Shown: positions 12,624 through 25,500, counted from the whole stretch's first letter. The stretch: DNA of 63,614 bases, filler included, from Hyphochytrium catenoides (GCA_900088475.1; 13 parts of 13 records of this genome joined end to end with filler, not necessarily neighbours in it); one strand, 5' to 3'. Translations and numbers: made by a program. The notes: generated by a model from the sequence alone, not told the origin.

Positions 12624-15600
12624 TTAGACCAGGCAGATCTTGCGAATTCTATGCCCTCCCCCGTCGGCGAGATATGCACAGGAGTCAACTGTCGCCAGTC
12701 CCCTTGGGTATGACAAATTAGCTCTGAACCCCAGGTTGTTACTGTCTTGTGTGCCTGGCTCGCCAGTTCCCGCCAGCAAACTCATCGTGCCAGACTGTAG
12801 GTTATAGCGTCCAACTCTATGGCTATTTACCCAGGAAAGATAGAGGAAAGATTGGGTGGCGTCAAAGCTGATGCCGTAGGGCGTGGCGTAGCTAGGAGTT
12901 GAGAAGAGAATCGTCACTTGTCTCTGTTGGGTCACGCGCACTATGCGATTGTTCCGCCCGTCGGTGATGTACACGGTCCCTTGTGTGTCCACCGCGACTC
13001 CCTTCGGACTAGACAGCTCTTCGGATGTGGTCCCGCGTGTCCCGCTTCCGTGAAAGGTGGACACTGTGCCATCCCGGGTAACCTTGCGGATGGCGTGGTT
13101 GTTATGATCCGCGACGTAGATGTCTCCCACAGGCATATGCAGAGCCAGGCCGTGAGGATAGTTAAACCTGGCGTTCAACCCAGGGCCGTTCAAATATCCA
13201 CTTTCCTTGGGCGCCCCAGCCAATGTGGACACGGTCCTGCCTGACAGGTTCAAGGATCGGATGACATGGCCGTCCATTTCAGCCACGTACAGAATGTTCC
13301 TGGTCACATCTAGGACCAGACCGTTTGGTGCCTGGAAGCGCGCATCAAGAAACGGTCCGTCTTCAACTTTCCCGTCTTGTGAACCACATTTGCCAGCGAT
13401 CGGGGAGAGTTCCTCGGTAAAGAGATTGAGAATCCGAATGCAGTTATTGTCGCTATCGCTGATGTAGAGCTGTTTGTTTGTTGCGTCCGGCATCACGGCC
13501 CTGGGCGTTTTTAAAATTCCAGTAGCTGTTGAGGCGACGGTGGAGACCGTGGCGAGGGTGTACGACGGCGACGGTGCGGGCGTTGAGGCAATGGTGGATG
13601 GTTCAAGGGTGGGCTGCGGTGTTGGCTGAGGAGTGGGCTGCGGTGTTGGCTGAGGAGTTGGCTGCGGTGTTGGCTGAGGAGTTGGCTGTGCTGATGGCTG
13701 TGGCGTTGGCTGTGGCGTTGGCTGTGACGTTGGCTGCGGCGTTGGCTGTGCTGTTGGCTGTGGCGTTGGCGGCTGCAGTGCTCGCCATCTTTGATAAAAG
13801 AGAAGCTGGAAAGCGTCCTGGATCTCGTTGAGTGCTAGCGGGAAATCTACTGCGCGTAGAGACTGGAGGGCCATCGTTGCGTAGCGATCGCCCTTCAGTG
13901 AGCGACCAACCACCGTGTAGTCGAAGATAACCTCTCCACGGGTCGCTAACGTTCCGCCTGACTCTAGAGTAGCCGTCACGGTAGTAGTGGTACGATTGTC
14001 TGCCAACGAAACGTTAGGAAGGCTGTCTCCTGGGGTGCCGTGCTGGATAGTGAAGGCAACGACGTCGGTAGTAGCATTGTAGACAACCGCAATGAAACTC
14101 CAGTGCGCCGCTGGGACACTGCTGGGTGGAGAGCTCACATTTACTACGGGAATGCCTTGAGTTTGAACGGAAAAAGTAACTTTCTCTCCGATCGCGTCCC
14201 ACGTCAAGGCGACGTTGTCCTCCTGTTCGCCCAGTGTCCCAAACTCTATAATAGGATCCTGCCTCTGCTCTTCTCCACTAGAGACTGAGGATGGGATGAA
14301 GTAGCAAACCAAAAAGAGAGAGAAGCCACCGTTAGAACCCATCCGCGTCACAGGCCGCCCTCTGGTGGTCTGGAGAAAGTGCCGTTGGGCACCATTGAAG
14401 ATTACGACAGCGTCCTCCCCAGCAGGAGAGAAGGAACTGATGTTTGCAGGTGAGGTTTTGACTTCTTCAAGAGCGTTTTCGCTTGTCCTACGGCCGAGGG
14501 TTGGTCGAGCAGAGGTGATCAGCTGCTCAAGAGAAAGAGACTGATCGCGGAGAGATCTCCAGCCATCTATCGCGTAGTACGTGAAGCTGACTTCCTCTCC
14601 ATTTGCGTCTTTTCCTTGCTGGGCGGAGAGAGTGAGAGAAGAGACTCGTTGTTGTTGGTCCAAGCTTGCATCCAAATACAAATCAAACGAGTTCGCAGAA
14701 GACGCTGGTATGGCTGCCATGAGAAGACTAGCTGTCAGCGTTGCAAGTGCTAGGTCTGGGAAGGGGACATCATAAACCTGAAAGGCAGCAAGATCCATAT
14801 TTGCAGGCTCAGGATCGTCCCCATCAGGAGATCGTCCGATCATCATCACTGCCAGTTGCGAGAAATCTTGCAGCGCCACACTTGGAGAGGAAGAAGAGGA
14901 AAAGAGAGTCTGCGAGGCTGCTCGCTTGCCATTGAGGAAGATCTCAGCGGTCTTAGTATGCGCCTTGTATCGTACGGTGACAACCATCCAGCTGCCCAGC
15001 ACGACGTTATCCGGACCCGTGGAGAGATTGATAAGCCTCACCGCCTCCCGCTTTTCTTCTTCTTTCTGCTGCTGGGAGCCATTGCTACTATTAGAAGAGG
15101 TCGCCGTGCCGTCGACAGCGGCTGTAAAGGTCAACCCATTGCATTCCCGATTAGGGCCGTCGGACTCAAGTCTGAGCGCCAATCTCCCGGCGGCGTTCGC
15201 TGTCCCATTCTTCTCCTCTTCCGCAGCCTGGAAGGCAAAGATAGTCTGTCTGCAGGCGGTGGGACTAAGCGAGCTGGCCATGAAGCGCACCAGGAGCGCC
15301 GCCGTGAAGCCTCCGTTACTCTGGAGACGGAGCGAGTGGCCGGACTGGGCATTATAAAGGTGTTGAAGGCCGTTACCAGCTTCCTGGCCGGCATTGAATG
15401 ACAAATAGCCGAGCTTGTCTCCTCCCCACCCGCCCGCCACAGACTCCGTACGATAGATTGGCCTAAGGCTGGGTGGGCCATCTTGGATGAAGCCATCGCC
15501 CCAAGAGAAGGACTGGAAAGAGTCGCTAACGGAAGGATTTCTCTCTACAGCGCAGCCGTGCAACTCCACGGCGAAGAGAGGGGAGGGAGAGAGAGGTGGA

Positions 15601-15929
15601 GAGGGAGAAGGGGAAGGAGAAGAAGTGGGAGAAGGAGAGAGAGAAGAAGAGAGTCTTCTCTGACCCTCTTTCTCTCCTGATACAAGCAAGAGGAAGGAGG
15701 AGTTGTCTCCTGCTTTTTGGGAGGAGGAAGAGAAGAGGAAGAGGAGTAGAAGGGGGAAGAAGAGAGGTGGGAAGAAAGAGCTCCTTATTAGGAAAGGAGA
15801 GAGTTTTCTGCGGCAAGTTGTTGTGGGAGAGACTCTTGTTTCTCTCTCTGCTGTTTCTCTCCGGCTCTTCTTTTGAGAAGCAAAAGAAGAGTAGACCTCG
15901 TGTCTTCCTCTCTTTTGCTGGAGCTCCAT
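12624..15929 (-). CDS. Intronless 1101-aa putative secreted/surface protein: hydrophobic N-terminal segment, two LamG/concanavalin-A-like domains, (PTPQ)n stalk, C-terminal NHL-repeat beta-propeller
   Basis: The frame is open for 3.3 kb. A duplicated motif set (NGGFTAALLVRF/NGGFSLFLVCYF; WMVVTVRY/WSFIAVVY; IGRS/VGRS) marks two related domains. NHL repeats include ARFQAPNGLVLD..LYVAE, ARFNYPHGLAL..IYVADHNNHAIRKV and LSSPKGVAVD..VYITDGRNNRIVRV. The true start codon is uncertain. Confidence 0.88.
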   Translation of the reverse strand: MELQQKRGRHEVYSSFASQKKSRRETAERETRVSPTTTCRRKLSPFLIRSSFFPPLFFPLLLLFLFSSSSQKAGDNSSFLLLVSGEKEGQRRLSSSLSPSPTSSPSPSPSPPLSPSPLFAVELHGCAVERNPSVSDSFQSFSWGDGFIQDGPPSLRPIYRTESVAGGWGGDKLGYLSFNAGQEAGNGLQHLYNAQSGHSLRLQSNGGFTAALLVRFMASSLSPTACRQTIFAFQAAEEEKNGTANAAGRLALRLESDGPNRECNGLTFTAAVDGTATSSNSSNGSQQQKEEEKREAVRLINLSTGPDNVVLGSWMVVTVRYKAHTKTAEIFLNGKRAASQTLFSSSSSPSVALQDFSQLAVMMIGRSPDGDDPEPANMDLAAFQVYDVPFPDLALATLTASLLMAAIPASSANSFDLYLDASLDQQQRVSSLTLSAQQGKDANGEEVSFTYYAIDGWRSLRDQSLSLEQLITSARPTLGRRTSENALEEVKTSPANISSFSPAGEDAVVIFNGAQRHFLQTTRGRPVTRMGSNGGFSLFLVCYFIPSSVSSGEEQRQDPIIEFGTLGEQEDNVALTWDAIGEKVTFSVQTQGIPVVNVSSPPSSVPAAHWSFIAVVYNATTDVVAFTIQHGTPGDSLPNVSLADNRTTTTVTATLESGGTLATRGEVIFDYTVVGRSLKGDRYATMALQSLRAVDFPLALNEIQDAFQLLFYQRWRALQPPTPQPTAQPTPQPTSQPTPQPTPQPSAQPTPQPTPQPTPQPTPQPTPQPTPQPTLEPSTIASTPAPSPSYTLATVSTVASTATGILKTPRAVMPDATNKQLYISDSDNNCIRILNLFTEELSPIAGKCGSQDGKVEDGPFLDARFQAPNGLVLDVTRNILYVAEMDGHVIRSLNLSGRTVSTLAGAPKESGYLNGPGLNARFNYPHGLALHMPVGDIYVADHNNHAIRKVTRDGTVSTFHGSGTRGTTSEELSSPKGVAVDTQGTVYITDGRNNRIVRVTQQRQVTILFSTPSYATPYGISFDATQSFLYLSWVNSHRVGRYNLQSGTMSLLAGTGEPGTQDSNNLGFRANLSYPRGLATVDSCAYLADGGGHRIRKICLV
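13608..13770 (-). repeat. Coding 12-bp minisatellite encoding about 13 x P-T-[PAS]-Q
   Basis: GTTGGCTG(TGGC/CGGT/AGGA) units on the + strand. Confidence 0.95.
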
Positions 15930-17355
15930 CGGGGAGAAGGTGGGGAAGAGGGTGAATTATTTAATAGAAAAAAGGAAAAGAAGAAGAATCCTAGAAAGAG
16001 GGGCGCGGAGCATCAGAGACGGAGAAGAGAGAGAGAAGAGAGAGAGAGAAAGAGAGAGATAAGGGGAGAGAGAAGAGGGACGACTGGCTTGACCAGAAGG
16101 GAGAACCTAAAAGGAGCAGGCAGAGAAATGGGGAGAGAGTGACCAGGCAGTGTAGAGGGAGAAGAAAGAGAGGCGAGAGGAGGACGGACTGAAGGAGAGA
16201 GAGAGAGAGAGCTGATCGCTAAGGAAAGTGTGGTCACCTGCCTTCTCAGGCCCAATGGAGAAGGGAAGAGAGAGAGAGAGAGAGAGACGATTTGAGGGGA
16301 TAGGGAGAGATTGCCGCTGATCTATAGAGCTTGCAGAGAGCAATAAGAGGACGGAGAGCATTAATAGGAGGGCAGAGAAAGAAAGAGCGAGATTGGGGAA
16401 AGAATGATAAGAGAAGAGAAATGAGCCAGTAGGCAGGAAGAGGGAGAGGAGTACGAGAGAGCGAGTCAGGAGAGAGACAGACCCAAAATGAGAGAGAGTG
16501 GGAGTGATTGCGGTTAGGGAGTGCCTGGAGAGCTGAAGAGCGCACAGCCCCTACACACCGAAGAGAAGAACGGGGAAACGGACAAACGTGTGTTAGTGGT
16601 ATGAAGATGGGAGCAGGGAGAGGGAAGGAGGTCGAGTAAGGCCAAGAAGGGAAGAGAGAGAGAGAAAAAAAAAGAGAGAGAGCGAGAGAGAAGAAGAAGA
16701 AGAAGAAAGAGAAAACTGGCACTGATGGTACCTAGGTGTGTTCCCTTGATAAAAAGAAATAGCTGAACAGCAATAGCCTCGGACGGCGGACTTCAGCTAG
16801 ATTGTCTGCAAAAGAGGAGAAAGAGAAGGACTAGAAGAGCAAGGAGACAAGAGAGCCTTCGCTATTTTTCCTCTTTTCTCCTATTACTCTTTACAGCCTC
16901 ACGCTCTCCTGCTTCCCGAAGCCTTTCTCCCTCTCTCAGCAGCCGTCAGTTCTTTCTCTCTCTCTCTCTCTCTCTCTGCTTCTCGTTCTCTCTCTCTCCT
17001 CCTCTCTTTTTCGGCCCCTATAATCAATGATTCTGCCCGCCGCTCCTAACCGCTTTGACTGCGCTGTTTTATCACTTGTGGCACCAGAGAAGAACAAACG
17101 AAGGCAGGAGGAGGCAGACAGAGAGCGAGAAAGTGGAGGAGGAAAAAGGGAAGGGAGAGAAGAGCGGGAGAGAGAGAGTGGGAGAGAAGTGGTGAAGGAG
17201 AGAGTGCGGGAGAGAGATAGTTGGAGAGTCGGAGAGTCAGTGAGAAGGAGAAGGGTTTTGAAGAGAGTGAGCGCAAACGAGAGTAACAGAGAGGAATCGC
17301 AAGAGAGAGTGATCGCGAAATAGAGAGCGATAGAGAGAGAGCGTGAGAGAGAGTG

Positions 17356-17399
<44 letters not shown>

Positions 17400-20300
17400 C
17401 GAGAGAGCGAAAAAGAGAGAGAGAGAGAGGGAGGGCGAGAGAGAGAGGAGAAAGAGACTGGTAGCGAGACTTTTGTTCAGTACCGTTACTCCCAGGCAGT
17501 GGTGCCTGTTTGTAACTCCCTGGCTCGCAGTACGTACTGCCAGCTGTACAACTCCATGACTGTCAAACTCTATGGCTTAGGGGTCCTGTCGGGAGCTAAC
17601 AACAACGACGAACCGGAACAGCATGTAACAACAGCAACAAGCTGACACTCTACCAGTACTAATGTCACACATTATTATTACCCCTAAATCTAAGGCCCTT
17701 TTACAGTACAGTAATCAGGTCGGTGTATCTTTGCTCCTATTCTAAATTATTCCTCCCATTAAGTGAATATCGTAAATAATGTACACGGGCTGTGACAGCT
17801 GCGGGTCTGACAGGAACAGTACTGGATTGTAGTTACGGATCTGTCTACAGTGCACTAGTTCTACTGCGGCTCATGGGCACGGAGGATGATGGTGCTCTAT
17901 GGTTTACCCGCCGCTTACCTCCTCCTCTTCATCATCATCGATCAGAGAAGAACGCAGTCCTTGCTTCTTCTGTGGCCGCAGGCAGTGGTGCTGCTGCGTG
18001 GTGTTTGATTATCTCCTGCCCCTGTCTTTAGATAAAAAAGATAGATGATATCGAGCGTACTTCAGTGGCCTCCTAAAAGGAGAAGAGTTGATGTTGGTTG
18101 CTTATGTTTGCTTGATGATGATGCCTCCTCTATTGAGAAAGAAAAGAACAAGAAGGGAGACTGAGTAAGTCGGTTCTTTCTGTCTCCGTTATTTTTCCTG
18201 TTTGTCCTCCGGACAATCCTTATGAGTTATACTTTTTCCTCGTACGAGGTCGTATTCTCCTTCTATGTCTTCTTCCTTTTCCCTTCTTCCAGCATATCAG
18301 GCTGCTAAGGTAGTTTATGATTAGTGATAATGATAAAGAAGGAAATACCATGCTAGTGCTACTACTACTGCGCTAGATGACACTAGAAATAATGGTGAAG
18401 AGTGCTATCCTACTAAAAAGAGAAAAGACCAAGGAACTATTTTTAAGGGTTATTAGAACAAAGCGATTCATCCAACCACCGCCCGGCGTACCAGGAACTT
18501 CGGTCAGGTAGGGACTCTTTCAACGCTTCGACATAATTTAGAGAAGAGGAAAGAAAAAGATGCCCCGATGATCGAGTACAACCGCGCTGCTGGGGACCAG
18601 AAAGATTCTTTTTACCGCTAGTTCTTCTATGATGTTTTGCTTTTACTTCGCATATGAAAGAAGAAACTGGAAGGCGGACAGAAAGAAAGCCAAGGAAGAA
18701 TGAAGGGCCAAAAAGGACGAGTTAGAGGAGGAGAAGAAGAAGAAGTGAAGGACAAGCTATGAAGTCGTTGAAGTCCTCAACTCTGTCTCTCAACATCATT
18801 CACCAGAGAAGAAAGACTCATCATGGGCGTTCTCCGTCCTCAACAAGTTTAATAAGAAAAAGAGAGGAAGAGTCCTGCCAGGCGACGTAGAGAGGAATTT
18901 AACCGCTGAAGAGGAGTGCGCTCTCGCATCTGTTCTCAAGTTACCTGCCGCTTTATTTTTTGTAGGCAGTTCCTAGCCAACCCAAGGCATGTGGTTACTG
19001 AGCTAAAGCTAGGAGACACTGCAGGTTGCTATGTATTCTTTGAACAAGAAAGAACTCTAAATACTCTCGCCATCCACCAATAATAGCAGTGGAACTAAGG
19101 TCCTTTACTTTTCCATGGCCTAACAAATTATCTAGATCTACTTAACTGAAAAGGACAAGAGGAAGATAGAAGAAGGAAAAGAAAAGCAACAAGAATGACG
19201 AGAACAGGCAGAAAAAGGAGAAGAAAGGAGAGCTTTCAGAGAGGGTCCTTCCTCCTTCCGCAAACAAAGATGAAGATAAAGGAGGAGAGATCAACCAAGG
19301 AGGACAAGCCACCTTCTGCTGCCAATTGAGCTCATGGCGCCACTCGTGTTCCAGAGAGAGTAAGAGAGGGCCGCCATCAGGAATGCAAGGCATGAGGAAG
19401 CCCTCTGTTATCTGTGTATCTCCTCTGACGGCTGCTAACCACCTGATGATTGCGCACTGGACACGATCGACCGGTGTATGGGATGTGACCTCCTCTCCTC
19501 TTTGAGAGGACTCTCAGGGCGGATAGTCCCGACTAGAGTCGGAAACGAATGGCTCTGAAGAAGGCTGATGCTCACTTCCTTTTCCCTTCCCCTCTTTCTC
19601 TTTGCATGTTATTAGAATAGCCTGTTGACACTACGTCTCTTGCATGTTACTCCTTTATCTTTGCAGTTCTCAGATAGACTGACTCTCTGCGTGGTGCTTG
19701 TCTGAACTGCGGCCTGGCCAGCCAAGGTACAGACAGAGCACCTTCTCTCTCTCTCACCTCTCTCGAGACCTGCAGCAGACTCTCATATTACACCCTCAAT
19801 TCATTACTCAGTTGTCCTCTAGCTCTTTGTGTTTGTTGCCGGTCATGACCCGCTTCTCTCTTCTTTTCTTTCTTCCTTCATTCTCCACAGCGCAGCAGCC
19901 ATGGTCCCAAGCGGTCTGATGACAGGATCATTATTGTTAGCAGTAGGTAGGACGGATACTACGGGGCTCGTCGACTGAGCTCTTCTCCTTCCTCTTTCTT
20001 CTTTCTCTTCTTCTTTTTCTTATTCCTTCTTCCACTTTTTGTTGTTTTTCTTCCTTTTTTTCTTCTTCTTCTCCTTCTTCCTTCTTCCGCCACTTCTTCT
20101 TCCTTATTTTCCTTCTTCTTCTTCCTTCTTTCCTTCTTCTTCTCTTTCTTCTCCTTCTCCTTCTCCTTCTTCTCCTCCATTACTGTTAATGACTGATGAT
20201 AAATAAGGACGGGCGCGGCGATAGCCAAAGAGACAGAAGGATGATAGAGAAAAGCCTGGATAGTAAAGATTTATCCCGAGGAAAGAACTTGCCAGCTTGA

Positions 20301-20522
20301 GCAAGCGTGAGACAGAGCTCAGTATAAGCTATGCATTGCAGGAATAGAGATTTACTGACGGACGAAGCTCCACTCTTGAAAGTCTCCTTAAAGGTGGTGG
20401 TGGTTAGAAAGGGATGGGAGAGAGACAGAGTGGGGAGAGAACCTATAGTTTGTGAGGGTGTCCGAGCAGAGTGAGATAAGGAAGTCTAAGAAGCAGGTAG
20501 AAGAGAGAAAGTGCAGACGAAG

Positions 20523-20569
<47 letters not shown>

Positions 20570-20840
20570 GCACTTGTCAAAGAGTAAGAGAGAGAGTCGC
20601 ACGAAGAGAGAAGCAGGGAGAAGGAGAGAGACCAACTTTTGAAAAAGAGTTGGTTAGTTTATACAGCGTGTAATATCAGAGTCGTGACGGGCTCTTAAGA
20701 GAGAGGAGACAGCGGAGTCGTTAGCNNNNNNNNNNNNNNNNNNNNNNNNNNNNNNNNNNNNNNNNNNNNTTAATTAATTAANNNNNNNNNNNNNNNNNNN
20801 NNNNNNNNNNNNNNNNNNNNNNNNNTCCTCTCTCCCTCTG

Positions 20841-20873
<33 letters not shown>

Positions 20874-22506
20874 CTCTCTCTCTCTCTCTCTCTCATGTCT
20901 CTCCCCCTCTCTGTCTCCAGCTCTTTCTCTCCACTGTTCCGTCTGTATGGTTGACTGTCCTACAGCTAATAACTGCCAAGAGACGTGCAGAGAGAGCGAG
21001 GCACGGCTTCTGATTCGCATCTTCTGCAGTGGTCGAAAGATGGTAATGGCTCTCTCTTTCTTCGTCCTCTGCTAATGTTCTCTCTCTCTCTCTCTCCTCT
21101 TCGCTCTCTCTCTCTCCTCTTCTCTCTCTCCTCTTTCTCTCTCTCCCTGCTGCTGTTGCATCAACGTTTCTGTTGTCTCCGGGTCACTCTCCTTCAACTC
21201 AAGGCGGGCTAACAAGCTCTTTCTTTTCTCCTTCCCATTCTTATTTCGTTTCTGTCTCTTACTGTCTCTTCTTTCTTTCTTATGTCTCTCTCTCTTTCTT
21301 CCTCACTCTTTCTCTCTCTCTCTCTCGTCTCTCTCTCTCTCTCTCTGTTTCTCTCTCTCTCTCTCTGTTTCTCTCTCTCTCTCTGTTTCTCTCTCTCTCT
21401 CTCTCCCTCTCTCTCTCTCTCTCTCCTCTTTCATGCAAGTTCCAGAAGTTCTATCATTACCTTGCTGCTTACTCTCTCACTCTGTCTCGCTAGCTGAGTC
21501 GTGATCTGGCTCTCTTCTCCGTCTCTCTCGTCACTCTGTCTCGCCCCTGACGCTTCAAGAATAAATGTCCAATAAACCAGAAAAGAATCTGTGAGACAGA
21601 CACCCATCAACATATCCAGTACCGCCACTGGATCACTGATAACGCTGACACTACACAATATATCCCCGAATAAGGAGCCAAACGGTCACATGGATCAGGA
21701 ATACGTCCTGAGTGGTGTCAGGTTCAAAAAAGAGTGTTCTTTTGCATTCCTAGTTTCTTCAAATAACTGTCCCAAAGCGACGAATTCAGGTATCAATCGT
21801 CACAGAGTACCGTACAGAATACCTTCCAGCAGTAATTTATTATTTATAGGTTTATCAGTCGTTTCTCGTAATAAACTTTCCAAAGAGACAATATTAGGTG
21901 CCAGCGTTTCCAAAGTACCTTCTGATAACTGTCTATTGATAACTTTCATAGGCTTTCTTCTACATTTCTCTATCATCCTTTCTTACTTCTTACGACGGTT
22001 CGTTCCCTGTCATTATGTTCCTCCGCGGCGCCGCCTGCACTTCAACAGCAGCAGCAGCGTTCTCTCGCTGGAACTCGCTACGAGGAGGTTCTATCGACCA
22101 GACAGAGCGCAAGGGCCACGGCCAGGGATGGATGAGCCTTCTATCGTCTTCTGGGACCGTCGCCGTGGCTACTGCCTGATGAGCTCATATAGAGCCTGAT
22201 CCTTTTTGTCGGACACGGCTCATTCATATCGACAGAGCCGACTTGGCAGATGCCGAAGCGAAAGAAACGCTGATAGCGGGAAGAAAGCATTGGTAGGCTA
22301 ATGAAGGACGCGAGTCTACCGACGGAAAGGAAGAGCAGCCGAAGGATAGAGCCTAAGCATATTGAAAAAGAAAGAGGAACACCCTTAAAAGTGTCATTGC
22401 ACTGAAGAGCCATCATAAAAGCTAAGCTTTGAACTATTTGAGGAATAGATGGGGCACGTTCCTAATGTTTCTATTGCTCGCATCTCGACTTTCAAGGCCC
22501 AACGCT

Positions 22507-25500
22507 TTAGAACAGTCCTTCAATCCGCTCTGTCTCAGGATCAATGTCAATGTCATAGAAGCAAGGCCGAGTGGGAAGGCCCGGCATGGTGCTCATGGTG
22601 CCACAAAGAGGATAAAGAAAACCTGCTCCTACGCTGGCCCTAATGTCCCGGATAGGAAGGATGAAGCCAGTAGGGACGCCCTTCTTAGTGGCATCATGAG
22701 AGAGAGAGAGATGCGTCTTCGCCATGCAAATGGGGAGCTTGTCAAATCCTTGCGACGTATAGAGCTCTATCTTCTTCTCGGCAGTAGGGAGAAGCTCAAT
22801 GCCATCAGCCCCATAGATCTCCACAGCTATCTTCTCAATCTTTTCTTTAATGGAGAGGCTCTTCGCGTCGTAGAGGAAGCGGAAAGAGGAAGACTCCTCG
22901 CGTTCCTTCTCCTCACAGACACGAGAAACGGCCAAAGCAAGATCTTTAGCACCCTCTCCTCCCTTCGCCCAGTGATCGCAGATGACGGCGTCCGCGGCTC
23001 CTTCCTCCAGCGCCTGGGAACGGACAATCTCCAGTTCCTGAGGGCTGTCCGAGGTCATTCGGTTGATAGCCACGACAACAGGCACACCAAAGGACCTGAG
23101 AGTTTGACAAAGCGAGGAAAAGAGATTATAAGTTATGAAGGTGGATTTTAGGGATCGTAAGACGGGGAGCTTGAAAGATAGACAGACAGACAAAGGAGAC
23201 CGCTGGAAAAGAGGAAAATTCCCTAAGAGGAATGCGGATAACAGTTGAGCATACTTGGCGATCTGGATATGCTTCCTCATGTTCTTGCTTCCTTCTTCCA
23301 CCAGCTTGAGGTTCTCTTCAGTATACTCTGACGGCAACGGCCGTCCTGCTTCTACCTTCGGTCCACCACCATGCATCTTCAAAGCGCGAACAGTCGTAAC
23401 CAGGACGGCGCAGGAAGGAATGTTGCCACTAAACCAGAGAGAGATAACCGTGCAACAGCACACTAATCAGCCGTTGGAAGAAAAGACCAAGCTTCTGCCT
23501 CTCCTTCTCACGCTTTTAGGCTTACTCTCTTCCCTTCCTTTCTTCTTCCCTCTAACTCCTTCTTACCTGTATCTGCACTTGATGTCAAAGAACTTTTCCA
23601 TGCCGATATCAGAGCCAAAGCCCGCTTCTGTTACGACGAAGCCGTCTTTGCCAACTAATTTCAACGCGATCTGATCGGCTAGCACGGAAGAGTTACCGTG
23701 CGCAATGTTTGCAAATGGTCCGGCGTGGACAAAGACAGGAGTTCCTTCGAGCGTCTGCATCAGGTTGGGTTTGATGGCATCCTTCATAAGGACGGCTAGT
23801 GCTCCCGTGATGCCGAGATCATCAATGGTGAGCGGCTGTCCGCTCGTAGAAGAAGCTAGACGGGTTTAAGGTTGTGGAGCATAGCAGGAGGAATGTCAAG
23901 CGGAAGACCAAACAGAAGAGGAGAGAAGGGAGAACAATCAGGGATGGAGGAGGAAGGGTACCAGAGAAAGAGACAGAGAGAAGGAAATGCACGTTAAGAG
24001 GAGAGGGGAGAAGGGTGGTTGAACATGGGAAGAGAGAGCAGAGGTTAGCGTGGCCACAGTCTTAGCAGAAGGTAACTCAGGAGAGGGCAGCAAAGATAAT
24101 CCAAGCCAAAGGCAACGTGACAAAGCGAATTCGTCTAGAAACTTGCATCAGAAAAGACGAGAAGACAGATTGCTCTTGCCCTCACGTTTATATCGCTAAA
24201 GCAAAGTGCAGAGCCGATATGGCATAGTGGCCTGTCCTACTTCTCTCTCTCTTCTCCTTTCGGCCTCTGTATACCTCCTTCTCCTTTGCATTGTGCCTGA
24301 AACTCTCTCTCTATTCTTACTTACCAAAGACCATTCTCCCGAACCTCTCCTTCATGTCCTTCAGACTGGTAGTAAGCGCTAAGATCGCCATTATCTCTGA
24401 AGCAACAGCAATGTCGAAACCTGTCTTCCTCGTTCTTCCTTTTTCTGCTTCTCCTTGTCCGATAGTAATGCTACGAAGGAACCTGACGGTGGACCAGTAA
24501 GAGAGCGGAAGACACAGAGAGACGAGGGACGATAGAGTGAGAGAGCCAAAGGGAAAGAGCGTGACATAACAGGGCGACTGGGCCTATAGACAGAGTGACA
24601 GCACCCAAAAAGACGGCAGACTAAAAGGAACCAAACCACCACACTGAGGACTTCAATGCCCAGTATCGCTCTCCGGGCCCTGTTAACCGTCGTGTCTTAT
24701 TCAAACCCTTTCCCACTTCCATTGTGTGTCGCGGTTCATAAGCTCTCCAGATATCTGCTCTCTCCTTGTTTACCTGTCATTGGTGTCTACCACCCTCTGC
24801 CAAGTGATGGTCTCCAGATCAATGTCAAGCCTGACAAACTTCCGAATCTCCTCCTCGGTCAGTGTGTCCGGATCCTCTTTCTCTATGCCCAATCTCTTCA
24901 GCCTACGTAGTTGAATGGGCGAGAACTTTCTAGTCCTTGTCTCTCCGCCTCCTTTCACAGGTACCAGTCGCTTGTAGAGATCCGCGTCATTCTGTGTGCT
25001 CTCATGGAAGTAGCGCGCGTCTATTGCCGCTGCCACCAGGTTATTAGCAGCTGTAATGGCATGAATGTCCCCAGTAAGGTGAAGATTGAACTCTTCCATA
25101 GGGATAACCTGAGAAAATTGGAGAGAGAGACAACTTAGAAAGTGCAGAGGAGAGAGAGAGTATGACAGTTGGAAGAAGCCTGGAGGAGGAGGGCAAGAGT
25201 GTTGTTGAAAGAGGAAAGGCCTAAGACGATGATAAGGAGGAAGACGGAGAGCAAGGGAAAGAATGGGCCAGCCGGCTTGAGGAGATGCGTCCACTAGCCG
25301 GAGATAGCAGGACTCGGGGGAGGAAAGAGCGGGAGAGGAAAGAGAAGAAGTGGCAGAGAGAGGTAGCCGTGCCAACCTGACTGTATCCTCCTCCTGCAGC
25401 CCCGCCCTTGATACCGAAGGTGGGCCCCTGAGACGGCTGACGGATGCAAGCGAAGACGTTCTTCTTCAGCGCAGCTAGAGAACCAGGCATGACACAGAAG

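Noticed and set aside
17478-17845. Imperfect inverted repeat suggesting a MITE
   Set aside because: The arm match is too weak and there is no TSD.
22429-23151. 240-aa + strand ORF
   Set aside because: It is the antisense shadow of the last MTHFD1 exon.
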